64,000 bases of DNA from Octopus sinensis (taxonomy: Eukaryota). The notes beneath the pieces were generated by a model. It made no database searches, was not told where the DNA came from, and was given only the letters and a program-made list of their open reading frames with translations. The number at the start of each line of letters is the position of its first letter. Position 1 is the first letter of the stretch. The translations under genes were made by a program, and so were the position numbers. Shown here one piece after another: positions 11,831 to 25,228 of the stretch. The stretch spans positions 72,850,001 to 72,914,000 of the forward strand of contig NC_042999.1 of the NCBI RefSeq assembly GCF_006345805.1, in the 5' to 3' direction.

Positions 11831-12934
11831 CTTTGGCTAGGAATTTCTCCAGAAATATAGTATCAGTGGTGCTTCACCCTGGCACAATCCTAAACTGCAT
11901 CTCATTTAAACTAACTATCTACCTAATTAGTTGGGCTATGACCCTCTTTGTGACTTTATCACCAGATCCTACAATTTGATATTTGTGTAATTATTTCTAT
12001 CTAAGGCATCACCTTTACCTTTGTAGCAGTTGACTATGATGCTGCTACACCAGTCATTGGTATGACTCCTTCGTGTATCACCTGGTTAACTGTACAGGTG
12101 ACTAGACTATAGTGTACACTAACCAGAAAATCTTATATCTATGTTCATTGCCTATGAGGAACCTAGCAGAACTTTCTACCTTACTGAATGCAACACAAAT
12201 CTACACGTTTCTGTTCAAGCATCTCAGTAATTTCACCAGACCTACCTTTCAATGTGCCAATTCTGAGGATGTGGAAGATGTGGGCTGGCAAGACCCTGGG
12301 ATGGGGGACAGCAGCATTACGCATCTGAAAAGAAAACTCGCTTGTGTGTTTGGCAGACCTCGCAAACTTACAAAGAGGCTTCAGCTTGCATGCACTTCAC
12401 CATCATTATATTCTCTTCATAATCACTATGTTCAATGGGAGAAAGACACTAGATAGGAATGAAGGGGAAGGGATGGGGAAGCGTTCCGTATAGGTAACTG
12501 TTAGAGGTGTTCAGGAGAAGGACATCTAGTAGAGATTATAGAAGACTTCTGGTATAATTGGGAGGGTACACCATGAACGGCAAAACACTATGACTGCCCT
12601 ATCCCCTTGCTAAAACCGATGTAGCATAGCCACAGAGAAAGCAAGCCACTAATTAACGATCAACATGGCAAAGCAAGTGGGTAACAAAACTGAGAGAGGT
12701 AGAGGGGGGAGGTAGAATGGTGAAATTTTTGAGAATTAGGGCTACAGTTGAGGAAACAATGGAACGTTTGGATAAGATAGCAGGTAATAAAACAAAACAA
12801 ATGAAGAGATGGAATTTTCGAGATTTAGAACAAGAGTAAACAGAATTGAACAATTGGATTTCTTAACTTGGCTATAGGGTGTGATGAATAAACTGTCATC
12901 TACATTGCGCAAAAATGAAAATAACACTGACATC

Positions 12935-13710
12935 TAATTTTAACAGATATATTTACCAAAATTGCATAAAAATATCTTGAAATAGTAACGAGTAAATTTA
13001 TTCAATAAAATTGCCATTGGCCTTAACCACAGCTTCTTGACAACTTTAGAATCTCCTTCAACTCTTCTGGATGGTCTCCTTGTTTAAGTTGGTGAATGCT
13101 GCCATAATCCTTGCCTTAAGTTCATCTTTAGTGTTACAAGGAGTTTTGTTGGTTTCTCACTCAACTGCACCCTGTACATAATAATAAAGGGAGTTGCAGC
13201 CCGGGGAGTTAGGTAGCCAGATGTTAGGGGTGATGTGGTCACAGAAATTGTCTGACAGCCATGACTGGGTTCTCCTGCTTGTGTGACTTGGTGCAGAGTC
13301 CTATTGTCAGATATATGGTCTTCCAGCAGACACTCTCTTGACCCAGGGCAGCACTACCTCCTCCAGGCACCTGATGTAGGCCTCCGTGTTGAGTCTGATG
13401 CCATGTGGGAAGATGAATGGAAGCATAATGTTGCCATCACTAGCAATCACTCCAAACACCATGATGTTGACTGGATGTTTGATTTTTATCACTGTCGGCA
13501 CGTTTCTATTTTAGCTTCTGGTGCGAATGCTAAGCATTACAGCATGTCGTTTCCAAATTTCTCACAGAGTGAATTGTATCATGGTGCTGTTTTTCTCACA
13601 AACAGTGCTCAACTGACCCTACTATACTGTGTAGTCAACAAAATCAAAAACAAACAATGTGCATGCGTGAAATTAAAAATATAAAATAGCAACAATTCAC
13701 CCATCGCTCC

Positions 13711-13714
<4 letters not shown>
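12935..13714 (-). mobile_element. Tc1/mariner-superfamily transposon remnant (internally deleted)
   Basis: - strand reads KHPVNIMVFGVIASDG...FIFPHGIRLN..AY..CLEEVVLPW...RPYIWQQDSAP.HTS...W.PNSP; the terminus cagggagcgatgggtgaattgttg abuts TA. Confidence 0.85.
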
Positions 13715-13757
<43 letters not shown>

Positions 13758-13774
13758 CATATATATATATACAC

Positions 13775-15110
13775 ATCATCATCGTTTAACATTCGCTTTC
13801 CATGCTGGCATGGGTTGGACAGTTTAACTGAAAACTGGTAAGCTGGGGGAGCTCCACTAGGTTCCAATCTGATTTGGCAAGGTTTCTATGGCTGGATGAT
13901 TTTCCTAACACCAACCTCTCTGAGTGTGTAGTGGGTGCTTTTTCTGTGCCAGACGGCACTGGCATTGGCCACAACTACAATTTCATGGCATTGACCATGA
14001 TTTTGTGGCATCGGCCATGACTATGATCTTACGTGGCTTGACGTCTCTGCCTCAATGAGGCCCAACATTTGAAGGTCTTGCCTCACCATCTCATCCCATG
14101 TCTTCCTGTGTCTATCTCTTACACATGTTCCCTCCACCATTAGAGTGCAACACTTCTTCACACAGCTGTCCTCATCCATACACATCACATGACAATACTA
14201 ATGCAGCTGTCTCTTGCACACCACATCTGATGCTTCTTATGTCCAACATTTTCTCTCAGGGCACTTACACTGTTATCTATGCACACTGACATTACTCATC
14301 CAGCAGAGCATACTAACTTAATTTCTTACAAGCCTACACATGTCCTCACCGTCACAGGCCATATTTCACTGCTGTGTAGCATGGCTGTTCACTCACAAGC
14401 ATCAGCATTTTACTCTGAGTGAGAGGCCCTTTATTATCAGCAGAGGTAGGAGCTCTCTGACCTTTGCTCAGGCTATACTTATTCTAGCAGCTACACTCTC
14501 ACCCCCCCCCTATTGATTTGGTCACTAAGGTAACAGAAGCTAGTGACTACTTCTAGTTTTTCCCCCTGGAATGTGATGGAATCTATTTTCTGTGCATTTT
14601 TTGGTGTTTATTGTACTTGTGCACCTTCCACACACAAAAGCTATCTTCCTTGTTAACTTTCCTCTGATATTGCTATACCTCTTATGCGTCCATAGCTTAC
14701 ACCAGGTGCACCTTATGGAGTTTCTACCTACACTTTTTCTATAGATTGAGCAGGGCCATTTATCTGAAGGGTTTGTGATTTGTCCAACTTCCTACTTACT
14801 AAAACTTTGGTTTTTACTAGGTTAACTCTAAGGCCCTTTGATTGTAGAGCTTGTTTCCACACCTGAAACTTTTTCTGTAGTTCTGGTTGTGATTCAGCTA
14901 TAAGAGCAAGGTCATCAGCATAGAGGAGCTCCCAGGAGTAGCCTGTCTTGAATTCCTCTGATATTGTCTGGAGGACTATGATGAACAAGAGGGGGCTGAG
15001 GACTGATCCTTGGTGAAGCCCTACTTATACCGTGAATTCTTTGCTAAACTCATTGCCAACTTTCACCTTACTAACAGCATCCCTGTACATGACTTGTACA
15101 GCTCTCACCA
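13775..15110 (-). pseudogene. RTE LINE fragment (RT domain to 3' UTR)
   Basis: ORF 14728-14988 reads SWELLYADDLALIAES...KGLRVNLVKTKVL (YADD motif); the RTE tail lies at 13775-14030. Confidence 0.85.
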
Positions 15111-18067
15111 ACCAGTCATCTATCCCACACGTCTTTGTGTGTGTGTGTATGTATGTATATATATATATATATATATATATACATAGACTTATATATGTAC
15201 ATACATATATGCCTGTCTTTTTATATAGTATAAATACTATGTATGTTTAGTTTAATGTCTGTTTTTCTGTGCTAGCTTTGTTTAGCGGGTAGGAGGGGGG
15301 AAATTGAGGCAGAATTTTTACAGCTGGTTGTTCTTCCAGTCACCAACTTGTACTTGTTTTGATGTAAGGAATTTGTTTGATTTGTAGACAGGGAGTATCA
15401 ACAAACATCACTGGTTGCAGCCCAGCCACGGATGGTGACATCACCATTTGTGACCGTAGCTCAGTGTAGTTTTGTAAACATTCACACATATACACATGGT
15501 CTTGTCTTGCAAGTTACTTGGTGATGTGGTGGTGTTATGTAATAAGCACCCAGTACACTCTGTAAAGTGGTTGGCTTTAGCATGGGCAGCTAGCTGCAGA
15601 AACCATCCATGCCAGTAAGACTTGACATTGTCTTCTTACTTATTACCTCCTGTCAAACTGTCCAATCCATGTCAGCATGGAAAGCAGATGTTAAATGATG
15701 ATGACGATGATGACACACACATGCACTTGTGCATGCATACACACATGCACATGCAATCACACATGCCTAGTATAAGCTAGATAGTGACAGCATTGAAAGT
15801 GAGTACAAAATAGAATTCAGTTTATAACTAGTAAAATAGTGAAGAAATTAGTTATTTTTACTTAGAAATACATACATACATACATACACACACACACACT
15901 GCTTATAAACAGGGAAAGTCATTCATAACAAAAATCCACATTCACATGAAAACAAACATACACATGCTTGTGCATACACATGCACACTTAATGAAAGTAT
16001 GTATTTAGCAAATGAAAAAAAGCTTCACATCATTCTTGTAACTGTGTGTGTGTGTGTGCGTGTGCGTGCGAGTTTGTGCATGTGTGTCTTTGTTGTGAAT
16101 GACTCTGTATCTAAGTGTTGTATGCATGTATTGTGTATGTAGATGGTCTGTGCATTCTTTTTGTTTTCTTTGTCAACTGAAATGGTGTCAGACTTTTGTA
16201 AATGTGTTGATATGATGATGAACAAATTTGTTTGCATTTTGAGGCTTCTTGGGGGTCAGATTCACATTTTATAGTGACATTTCATATTTTAGTGTGTTTG
16301 TATATATTTTTCTTTGGTCAGAGGGAGTGTCTGTCTATTTATCTAGCTATAAGTAATATAAATCAGCGTTCACAACCATTATCAACACCAAAACCAATAC
16401 AACCGCTGCCTTTACCAATGCATCAACTCTTTAATGACTAACAACAATAGTATGAACAACATGAGTAACTCAATGTAAAATACAACACTATTACATGAGA
16501 TAATTTGGTATTCTAATGTGTTTAAAATGTTAAATGAAATGTCTTTGATCTTAGGTCAATGAGGATTGATTTGGGGCTGGTCTTCAATGACAATACAATT
16601 AAGAAGCACAATATGACACTGCCACAACCAACAACATTCCCGCCATCACCCCATTAAAACCAACACTGCCAACCCATCAACTTTTGAATAACCAACCGAT
16701 TACAAGAATAATAGTTTCAGTATGACAACAATGTCTGTAGCTACATATGTTGTATGTCAACAGAGGTGTGTTTGTGAATAGAGTGTAAAACTTTTAAGGT
16801 CCAAGATAGAGGTGGAAAGGCAAAGTGCTCATGAAACTGGTAAACTAATTATATAATACTTTCTCCCACCTTACTCTTTTATCTTTTCATTTTCATTCTC
16901 ACACCCAAAGGAATAAGACAATTTTTAGCTCTCACAAAACAGTTCTTTCCTGATGCTATTTTGTTACTACATATTTGTTGAGAATAACTTCTGATCATTG
17001 CTGCTGTTGGGTTTATCTACAACTCAAGAGCTCAAGAAGATACTCCATTAACTGCTTAGACCATATTTTTTCATAGATCTATTGTAATGTCATACTTAAA
17101 ATGGAATGGCACTTGGATGTATGGATCAGGGATCAAGCTGGATGCCTTCTAATAAACATGATGCTGATTATGAAAAAACCTAAAGTTTGTATGATGGTTT
17201 ACTGAAAAAGGAAGGTGAAACTTCTAATGAAAAACCTTGAAATTCTCCCAATTCTGCTTGAATTGACTGCAAAGAACATTACTAAAGGGTTGTTACTTAC
17301 AGAGAAAAGTCTGCAAGATTTTGCTGATAAAGATCCTAATATAACATAACATTTACTAAAAGAATTTGTACATGTCTTTATATTCAAAACTCTCCTTTGA
17401 CCCAACCAACATATCTTCCTTTTCATTGACCATTTCACTTGTACCACTAGAAATGGCATCTCTTTTCTTAAATGTCAATTCTGTGATATTTTATGTGTTA
17501 GAGACATTGGCCACTGATTAGTGGATCATATCATCAAACATCTACAAGACATCTACTTAATATCACTTTGTTGCTCATCATTCGACTCACCTATCCATTC
17601 TATTTTTCACCTCTCAGCTAGTCTGTGGGGTTATTTCACACTGAGGTTCCTCAGCTTTCTGCTATCATAAAGAGTAACACCTCATCTTGGATGCTTTCTT
17701 CCCTCCTACGAGCATGAATAATATGACCATATTCGTGTAACTACACCCTACCACACTGCAAATGTTTGAAATTCAGTAAATCAGGGGAGGTAACTATTTT
17801 TGCTTTTGTCCACTAGCAGTACCTACATTCAGTGAGCCAGGTTTATAAGTCAGCCCACTCTGATGAAAATGTACTCAACTATCTTGTGTATTATTGAGTG
17901 ATTTTGCAGTTATTAATAACATGATCTGACTGTTCTATGCATGCAAATTTTGTATGTGTGTTTGTATGCTTATTTACATTTGCACTCTTCAAAAGTCACT
18001 TTCTATGAGTGGTGTGGTTGTTATCTCCTCTGTTAAGAAATTGTTTGCTTGCTTTCTGTTTTTAAAG

Positions 18068-18103
18068 ATGAATGAAATAAGAGATCCCTTATTTGAAAAA
18101 GAG
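18068..18103 (+). CDS. Candidate micro-exon MNEIRDPLFEKE (unidentified gene)
   Basis: Pyrimidine-rich acceptor gctttctgtttttaaag|, strong donor GAG|gtaaga, only frame 0 open. No homology recognised. Confidence 0.3.
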
Positions 18104-18399
18104 GTAAGAGTTAGTGAAAGGAAGGACATCTAGCTAGTTTGGAAATAGATTTAAAATGAATATATATATTTTCCTTCTCTTCCTTATCTTTTTATATCTG
18201 CTTTGGGGCTCTAGTAGAAGATACTTGCCCAAGGTACCATGTAGCAAGAATGGACCCAAATTATGTGGTTGTGAAATAAACTTTTTAACCACACATTCAT
18301 GCTTGCATGTGTTCATATATATATATGCCTGTTTGTGTGTGCTTCAAACAGGAACAGGGAAGACCCACAGACCTTGATTTTCCCTGATTTGGGAATCCA

Positions 18400-18900
18400 A
18401 AGGTCCACATTTATAGTAATGCAAGCAAAGACAGCCAGTCTGAGCAAGATTGGTGTACAACAGCACTCAATTTATTTGGATTGCCAATCTCTGGAGATTG
18501 TTGATGCAGTTTCATGTCTATCAATGGAAACTTAGAAAGTGATGTTGAAGAGAGGTTTAGAAAAGTTTCAGATGCCCTCCACTACTTGAAGCTTTTATTG
18601 TTAAACTCCCCTATCAATTGAGGTACCAAACTGTGCCTGTATAGAACCAATATCTTTCCGAGAGCAACTTAGGCCTGCAAGATGTGGAAAAAGACTAGCA
18701 GGATCTATAGAACTGCAGATTTCTTCCATAGACATTGTCTTGATATCCACTCTAAGAATTTCTTGGTGGAAAAACATGAATGGAGAAAGGTCAGGCTGAG
18801 TCATTTATGGAATATGATTGCTGTGAGATGATGGAAGATTTTCAGCCATGTACTACACATGAATATAAGCTTGAGAAAGGATGTCAGCGGTAAGGAAGGT
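18400..18900 (+). pseudogene. Highly decayed RTE RT C-terminal remnant
   Basis: Fragmentary ...LEIVDA...GNLESDVE.R..K...TKLCLYR... fits the post-YADD RTE region; many stops. Confidence 0.5.
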
Positions 18901-18989
18901 GTGTGGGTTTAGCCTGATAGTTTGTGTAAATGGAAAAGAAAATACAATACCCCATCCAAAAATGAAAGTATTTTTAAAATAGATAAAAA

Positions 18990-19195
18990 AAATATCAACT
19001 AGATTACGGCAGCTTCAAGACAGCTCCAGAAAATAGCACACGCATCCTTCACTATGTCCCTGGAAAGATCTTGACACCTCCTTGATCTTGGCCACCAGCT
19101 TGGCCTTGGTGTTACAGGCATTGTGGTTGGTGTCTTTCTCAACCATGCCCCATATATAGTAACCCATGAGATTGCAATTGGAGGATAAAAGGATG
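18990..19195 (-). pseudogene. Tc1/mariner transposase C-terminal fragment
   Basis: Frameshifted PP..CN.M.YYIWGMVEKDTN.NACNTKAKLVAKIKE...RDIVKDAC..F.S.LEA; homologous to 12935-13250. Confidence 0.65.
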
Positions 19196-19734
19196 TGTGA
19201 TGAGAGGCGAGCAAGTAATAGGACTGTTAGAGGAGTGGGAGGTGGTCACTGAGACTGATAATGCTGGATGGCAGTAACAATGCATGTTACTGGATTTGCG
19301 CGTGTAAACAGATTGGCCACTTGTTACTTTGGCATTGGGCAAGTGATGTAGACACCTGCTGAGAACCCCATAAGGTTAAAAAATCAATGCAGGCTGTACA
19401 TAGCTTTTCCCAATCTGCAAAGAAATAGTTATATTTGCCCTGCCTGTATGTCTGCTACGTAGGTCAGTCTCTCGCTCTCACTTTCTCCTTGCTTGGACTG
19501 GCAGGTGTGTCTTCTCCTGTACATACTGTTTTGAATTAATGTAGCTCTTTGTCATCTGCTTCATGAAATGCAAGAAATTCACATGTGTGAACGCGTGCAC
19601 ACACACAGTCACCAATTGTATAGAGATGGATTTAACCAAGAACTCAATAGAAATTATACATCAAAGAGATTGCAGTCTAAAGAGTAGATTTATTATCCTT
19701 ACAGTGATGCCTGTTTTGATTGTGTGAATCTTAC

Positions 19735-22700
19735 CTTTTGAAGGAAAATCAAAAATAGGAATATTCTTTGCACTAAGAATGCTGAAAATTTTGTGACTCT
19801 TTTAAAAGCACTAAAAACATTTCATTGATGTTTCCCAATAATATTTTCTTCTCTATAGATAATTATAAGTCAAATTTAACTAATGATTCTTATCGTCTAC
19901 AACACAATTAACGAAAGAAATATCTACTGAACCTATTAATATTACAAATTAGAGCATTTTCATTTTGTACTAAGAATCGTTATCCCCTATAAACAACATA
20001 ATAGATTTATTGTAGATTAATAATCTAAAATGGCGGTGCCCCAGCATGGCCACAGCTCATGAGCTGAAACTAGATAAAATAAAATAAATAAATAAAATAA
20101 AATAAATAAATAAAATCTTATTGGCATCTTTTCTAGAAATAGATGGACATGACCCTTTTAGATCTATCTATATCAAATTTTGCCATTAACAGAAAATATA
20201 TGTAAAAAAATTAAATGATATATGGTTCATAACTTTCACAGATCAATAATGGACTAAACTTGTACCAATAAACCCGACTAAATTCCAATTATTAATTATT
20301 CTTGCTTTTAATATCACCAGCATATTTTCAATCAACTCATATATACATTTCATCTTTATCGTCATTGTTTTAATGTCCTTTTTTAACATTCTTGCATGGT
20401 TCTGACAAAATTGGTCAAAGCAGATTTTTGCACAATGTCACCTGTTTCCAAGCAAGGTAATATTCCTTCATGGCTTGATCTACTTTCATGGAAGATTGGA
20501 AATCATCCACACCACACATATATTGTATACCTTTATGAATAAATGTACTTAGTAATATACCCTTAACCTGTAAGATATGTTGTCACATGCAGAATTATAT
20601 ATCTAAAAATATAAATCCCATTATGTCTGTGTGTGTATATATGTGTAAAAGATTATAATGGGCATATTATTCAACTGATCGAGCTGAAATTTTCCTCATA
20701 TGTAACAGACATCACAGTGGGTGCATCAGTTAAATTTCATAACACGATTGTTAGTTTCAAAGTGAGATTTGCCCTTTTAAAATCAAAATCTTGATGGAAA
20801 ATCCAATTTCAATAGCGCTTGTTGGCTATCATTCCACAAATCACATATGAACAGCCACTATGTTCATCCAGTCAGCATCAGAGCATTAATTGCATTTAGC
20901 TTTCTTAGCAGTTTCATGAAAGAACATATGTGATTGCAGTAAAACATTCGATAACATTCTAGAATGAACTGTACTCGAACATGTGCATCCAGGCATGTCA
21001 TTCTGTATTTAATAAATAAGCTGACACAAAAGAGTAAGAAGACAAGGCAATTATTTTGAATAAGTAAAAATGAAATCAAATTTTAACTTTATTGAATAAA
21101 TGGCACTATTTTGCGATCAATCAACTGTGTGAATATTTTCTTACAACAAAATTCAGTTGATGGTAGTAAATGACAAATTGATTAGTAATTGAATGTGGAA
21201 ATTTGGGTGACAAATATCTAAAACTTTAGCTAACAGTTTCTTATATAAAACAAAAAACGAGCAGTATTTTTTTACTTTTGCATGACTCATTTGATTTGAC
21301 ACGTTTATTCTTTAATTCCATTTCATGAAGAAGGAATATTAGTATCAACATTTCAAATTACGAGTTATTTTTTATCAGTTAGCATAATTGAATGATTTTT
21401 GGCAAATTCTTCTAATCATTTTGATAAATTTTACAGATCAAATACATTGGGTTACCTTCTAAAAAAAGCACTATTTGGTTGGTTCTGGTAGCTTATTCAT
21501 CCACAAGGTTTGCTACTTTATCGGTCAACATCGCATATTGCCAAACCCTATATCTCATTTGAAGTTTTCCGTTTATGTAGACTTAACTTTATTTATAAAG
21601 AATTTTCATTACTTACAAATTAATATAAGGTAATTTTAATGCTAACATCCTTTTTTCCTAAAAGAAGTCTGGTTTTGGCTCTCTTCCATTTTCAGAGATG
21701 ATTTAAGGTGGCAAGCTGGCAGAATTGTTAGCACACCAGGTGAAATGCTTAGTGGTATTTCACCTGTTGCTACATTCTGAGTCCAAATTCCGCCGAGGTT
21801 GATAAATTAAGTACCAGTGAAACGCTGGGGTCAATGTAATCGGCTAGTGTGTGTGTGTATATATATAAATACAGTATGTATAGAATATATACTTTTTTAC
21901 TTGTTTCAGTCATTTGACTGTAGCCATGTTGGAGCATTGCCTTGAAGGGTTTTAGTCAAGCAAATTCACCTCAGGACTTATTTTTTTAAAGCCTAGTACT
22001 TAATCTATCATTCTCTTTTGTTGAACCACTAAGTTATAGGGACATAAACTCATCAACACCGGTTGTCAAACACAGACACTACGACACACATACGCATAGA
22101 TATGTACATGACGTATCATCACCATCATTGTTTGATGCCTGCTCTCCATGCTGGCATGGGTTGGACGGTTTGAAATGGAGCTGGCTTGCAGGGAGCTATC
22201 CAAACAACAACTGTCTGTTGTGGCATGGTTTCTACAGCTGGATGGCTTTCCTAACATCAAAGAATATATATGAAGTCTGATCAATTAGTTTATGGTCTGC
22301 TGCCATAGTAACAAAGCTAAAGTATGCAGAGTGAAGCCGCTTAGCAAAAATTGACTTTGAACTCTGCTTCTGAAATTAATGACACATGTACCCTTAACAT
22401 AGTTCTCAGGAAGATTCAGTGTGACACAGTGTGACAAGGCTGGACCATTGAAATACAGGTACTACTTATTTTTGCCAGCTGAGTAGACTGGAGCAACAAA
22501 ATAAAGTGTCTTGCTTAAGGATACAATGCATTGCCAGGAATTGAACTTCTAACTTTACAGCTGTGAGCCATATTACCCTAACCACTAAGCCATGCACCTT
22601 CACGCATACAATACATACACATTGGTGGAAGCACAATTGACCAGTGGTTAGGGCAGCAGACTTGCAGTTATAGGATCGCAGTTTCAATTCCCAGACTGGG

Positions 22701-25190
22701 CATTGTGAGTGTTTATTGAGTGAAAACACCTAAAGCTCCACGAGGCTCCAGCAGAGGGTGGTGGCGAACCCTGCTGTACTGTTTCACCACAACATTCTCT
22801 CACTCTTTCTTCCTGTTTCTGTTGTACCTGTTTCTGTTGTACCAGGGCCAGCCTTGTCACACTCTGTGTCATGCTGAATCTGCCCGAGAACTATGTTAAG
22901 GGTACATGTGTCTGTGGAGTGATCAGTCACTTGCACATTAATTTCATGAGCAGGCTGTTCCGTTGATCGGATCTACTGGAACCCTCATCATCATAACTGG
23001 AGTGCCACGATATACACATTGCTTTTTCATCTTTTTTCCCTTTTGCTTACATGGTTTACATGTATTTTTTGTAATTCAGCATCTTATCACTTGTCAGCTA
23101 CTTTCTGTTTTTGTCTGTATAAACACGATATAGTTTATTACTGAATTAGAGGAATCCTTTAATAATATATTCACAGGTTGTGATCTCTATTAATAATTTT
23201 CAATTCCCAAATGTAGCTTGACAGAGTGGTATCACTTCTGAGGAGGTTTTGGGCTTATGTAGTTGTATTGATTATAGTGTAGCTTAAAGACTTCAAGGAA
23301 AGGCCATCTTTGCTTTACATGATTGCTTGGTTTATACTGAACATTGATAAACAATATATTTTCTGCTAGGAAGAGTTAAATGGACATGTACGTGTGTGTG
23401 AGTATTATTGAGATAATTGGATGGTTCATTGCTTCACACTAACCATTGGTGTCATCTCTGTTGGGAATCTTCAGACTTTTATGACCCCAGTACTCCCCAT
23501 CTCTTATGCTTTCCTTATTGACTCTTCTTAGCACTCTCTCCTTTTATCTCCCCTTTATAATCCTCTTGCTCTAGTCCTTTTATTCTGGTGCATAAATGTA
23601 CCAGGAAGAGAACCAGGTGGAATTCTGCTTCAAGCACCTCATATAACCCCTCGTAACTTTTTTTTTGGAATTTTTAGAAAATTTTTGCAAATTTGTAATG
23701 TACACACAGACATTCATATTAATGACACCCCCACCACAAATGTTTGTGTGATTTAAGGTCTATTTAGCTGTTATTTTTAGCACATCTCCTGACTACCCGA
23801 TATCCTCCTCATTTGTTTGTCACTCTGACATATTGAATGTTTTTTAATATCTTTCTTCCCATAAACACACTTAGTGGTCTGTTGCTGGGATTTTGAGCAA
23901 AATATTTGGACTGTCTATTTTAAACTGTGATTTTAAAAATGGAAAAATAAAAAAATTTTTTAATTTCGAAAAATTAAAAAAAAAATTTTTTTCATTGTCG
24001 TATGAATTCCTTTTTGTAGAACGTAAATTTGCAAAAATTTTCTGAAAATTCCAAAAAATACAAAAAAGTTTGTGAGAGTTTATATGGGGTGCTTGAACCA
24101 GAATTCTGCTGAGAGCATCTTCTGCAGATTATGAAGAAGCTCGAGTTTCGTTACCTAGATATTTAAAATTTTTGTTAAATTTCTGATCTTTGTGGTGTCT
24201 AAAGAATGGATATTGATGTGTATCAGCTTTTATTTTTGTTTCCAAATGCAGTTCTGGTGAGTTGAACTGGCATTTACTTTATCTTGTCTTACTCATTTTG
24301 CTCCATCTAAATTTGTCTTTTATATGCTCAAAGGGAACTGAGATAATTTTCTGAAATAGTTTTCTGAATATGTTATAATGCTTTTAATGTAGTATTTGTT
24401 CTGTAGTGAACACTTTTTTCTCGAAGTAATAAATGCAATAAATATTACTCATTGTGCCCACCACATCAGACTTTTGGAAAGCTGTCATATATGATGAAAT
24501 TCCCCCTTTTATATCAGGATTTTCCTTTTCTTTTGGGTATTGCAACACACTGAAGGAAAGCTTTTTAAAACAAACATTTTAAAAATCCACCTCCTTTAAA
24601 TGTTTGTACCCCACCTCCACACTCATCGTGCCTTTGGAAAAAGCAACAACCACTAAAATGATATATTTTTTTCTTTTTCGTAATTTTCTATTATTTTATC
24701 ATATTTTACATTCTGAAACATTTGCAGCTCGTATTAGAGAAAAATATATTACCTCATCTTTCTATCTACTTTTCACAATGAAGGAAAAGTCAAGTGGATG
24801 TGTGATAAAAAAATTTAAAATTTGAAAAGTGTATCTATAAAGTGACATTTCAGTTGGTTATTTAAACTTTTTCTTCTAACACATCAAATTCATTTACATG
24901 CAATACATGGGTTTTGAGATTATAATTCATTAATTTTCCAAGATTTTAATTCTTGTGTATGAAGGGCCCACCAAATTTGAAGTAGCCCGGGTCCCCCATG
25001 GAATAGATCCGGTGTTGGTCACTGAACAGAAAAAAGGCGGGAAGCCGCCCACGGGACTTTAATCACTTATTTACTATCACTTTGAGGATCGTGTTTTCTA
25101 TTGATCTTTTTATTTGCCTGATCGTTAAATTAGGGGACTTAGACGTAAGCAGGGATGCACAGACACATGCACGTTTTACACACGTACTGT

Positions 25191-25228
<38 letters not shown>

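Noticed and set aside
12112-12900. 114-aa ORF and adjacent purine-rich reading frame as a host gene
   Set aside because: There is no recognisable motif or convincing splice sites; it is probably an unclassified decayed element.
17100-17400. Tigger/pogo-like transposase tail
   Set aside because: The resemblance is vague, with many stops and no TIR found.
20650-21080. Mariner 5' end or SWIM-finger (CTC...) remnant
   Set aside because: It needs several assumed indels, and no diagnostic motif or terminal structure was found.
22624-22700. tRNA gene (A/B-box-like heads here and at 687, 8082, 31866)
   Set aside because: No complete cloverleaf forms, and each continues into a multi-copy SINE body.
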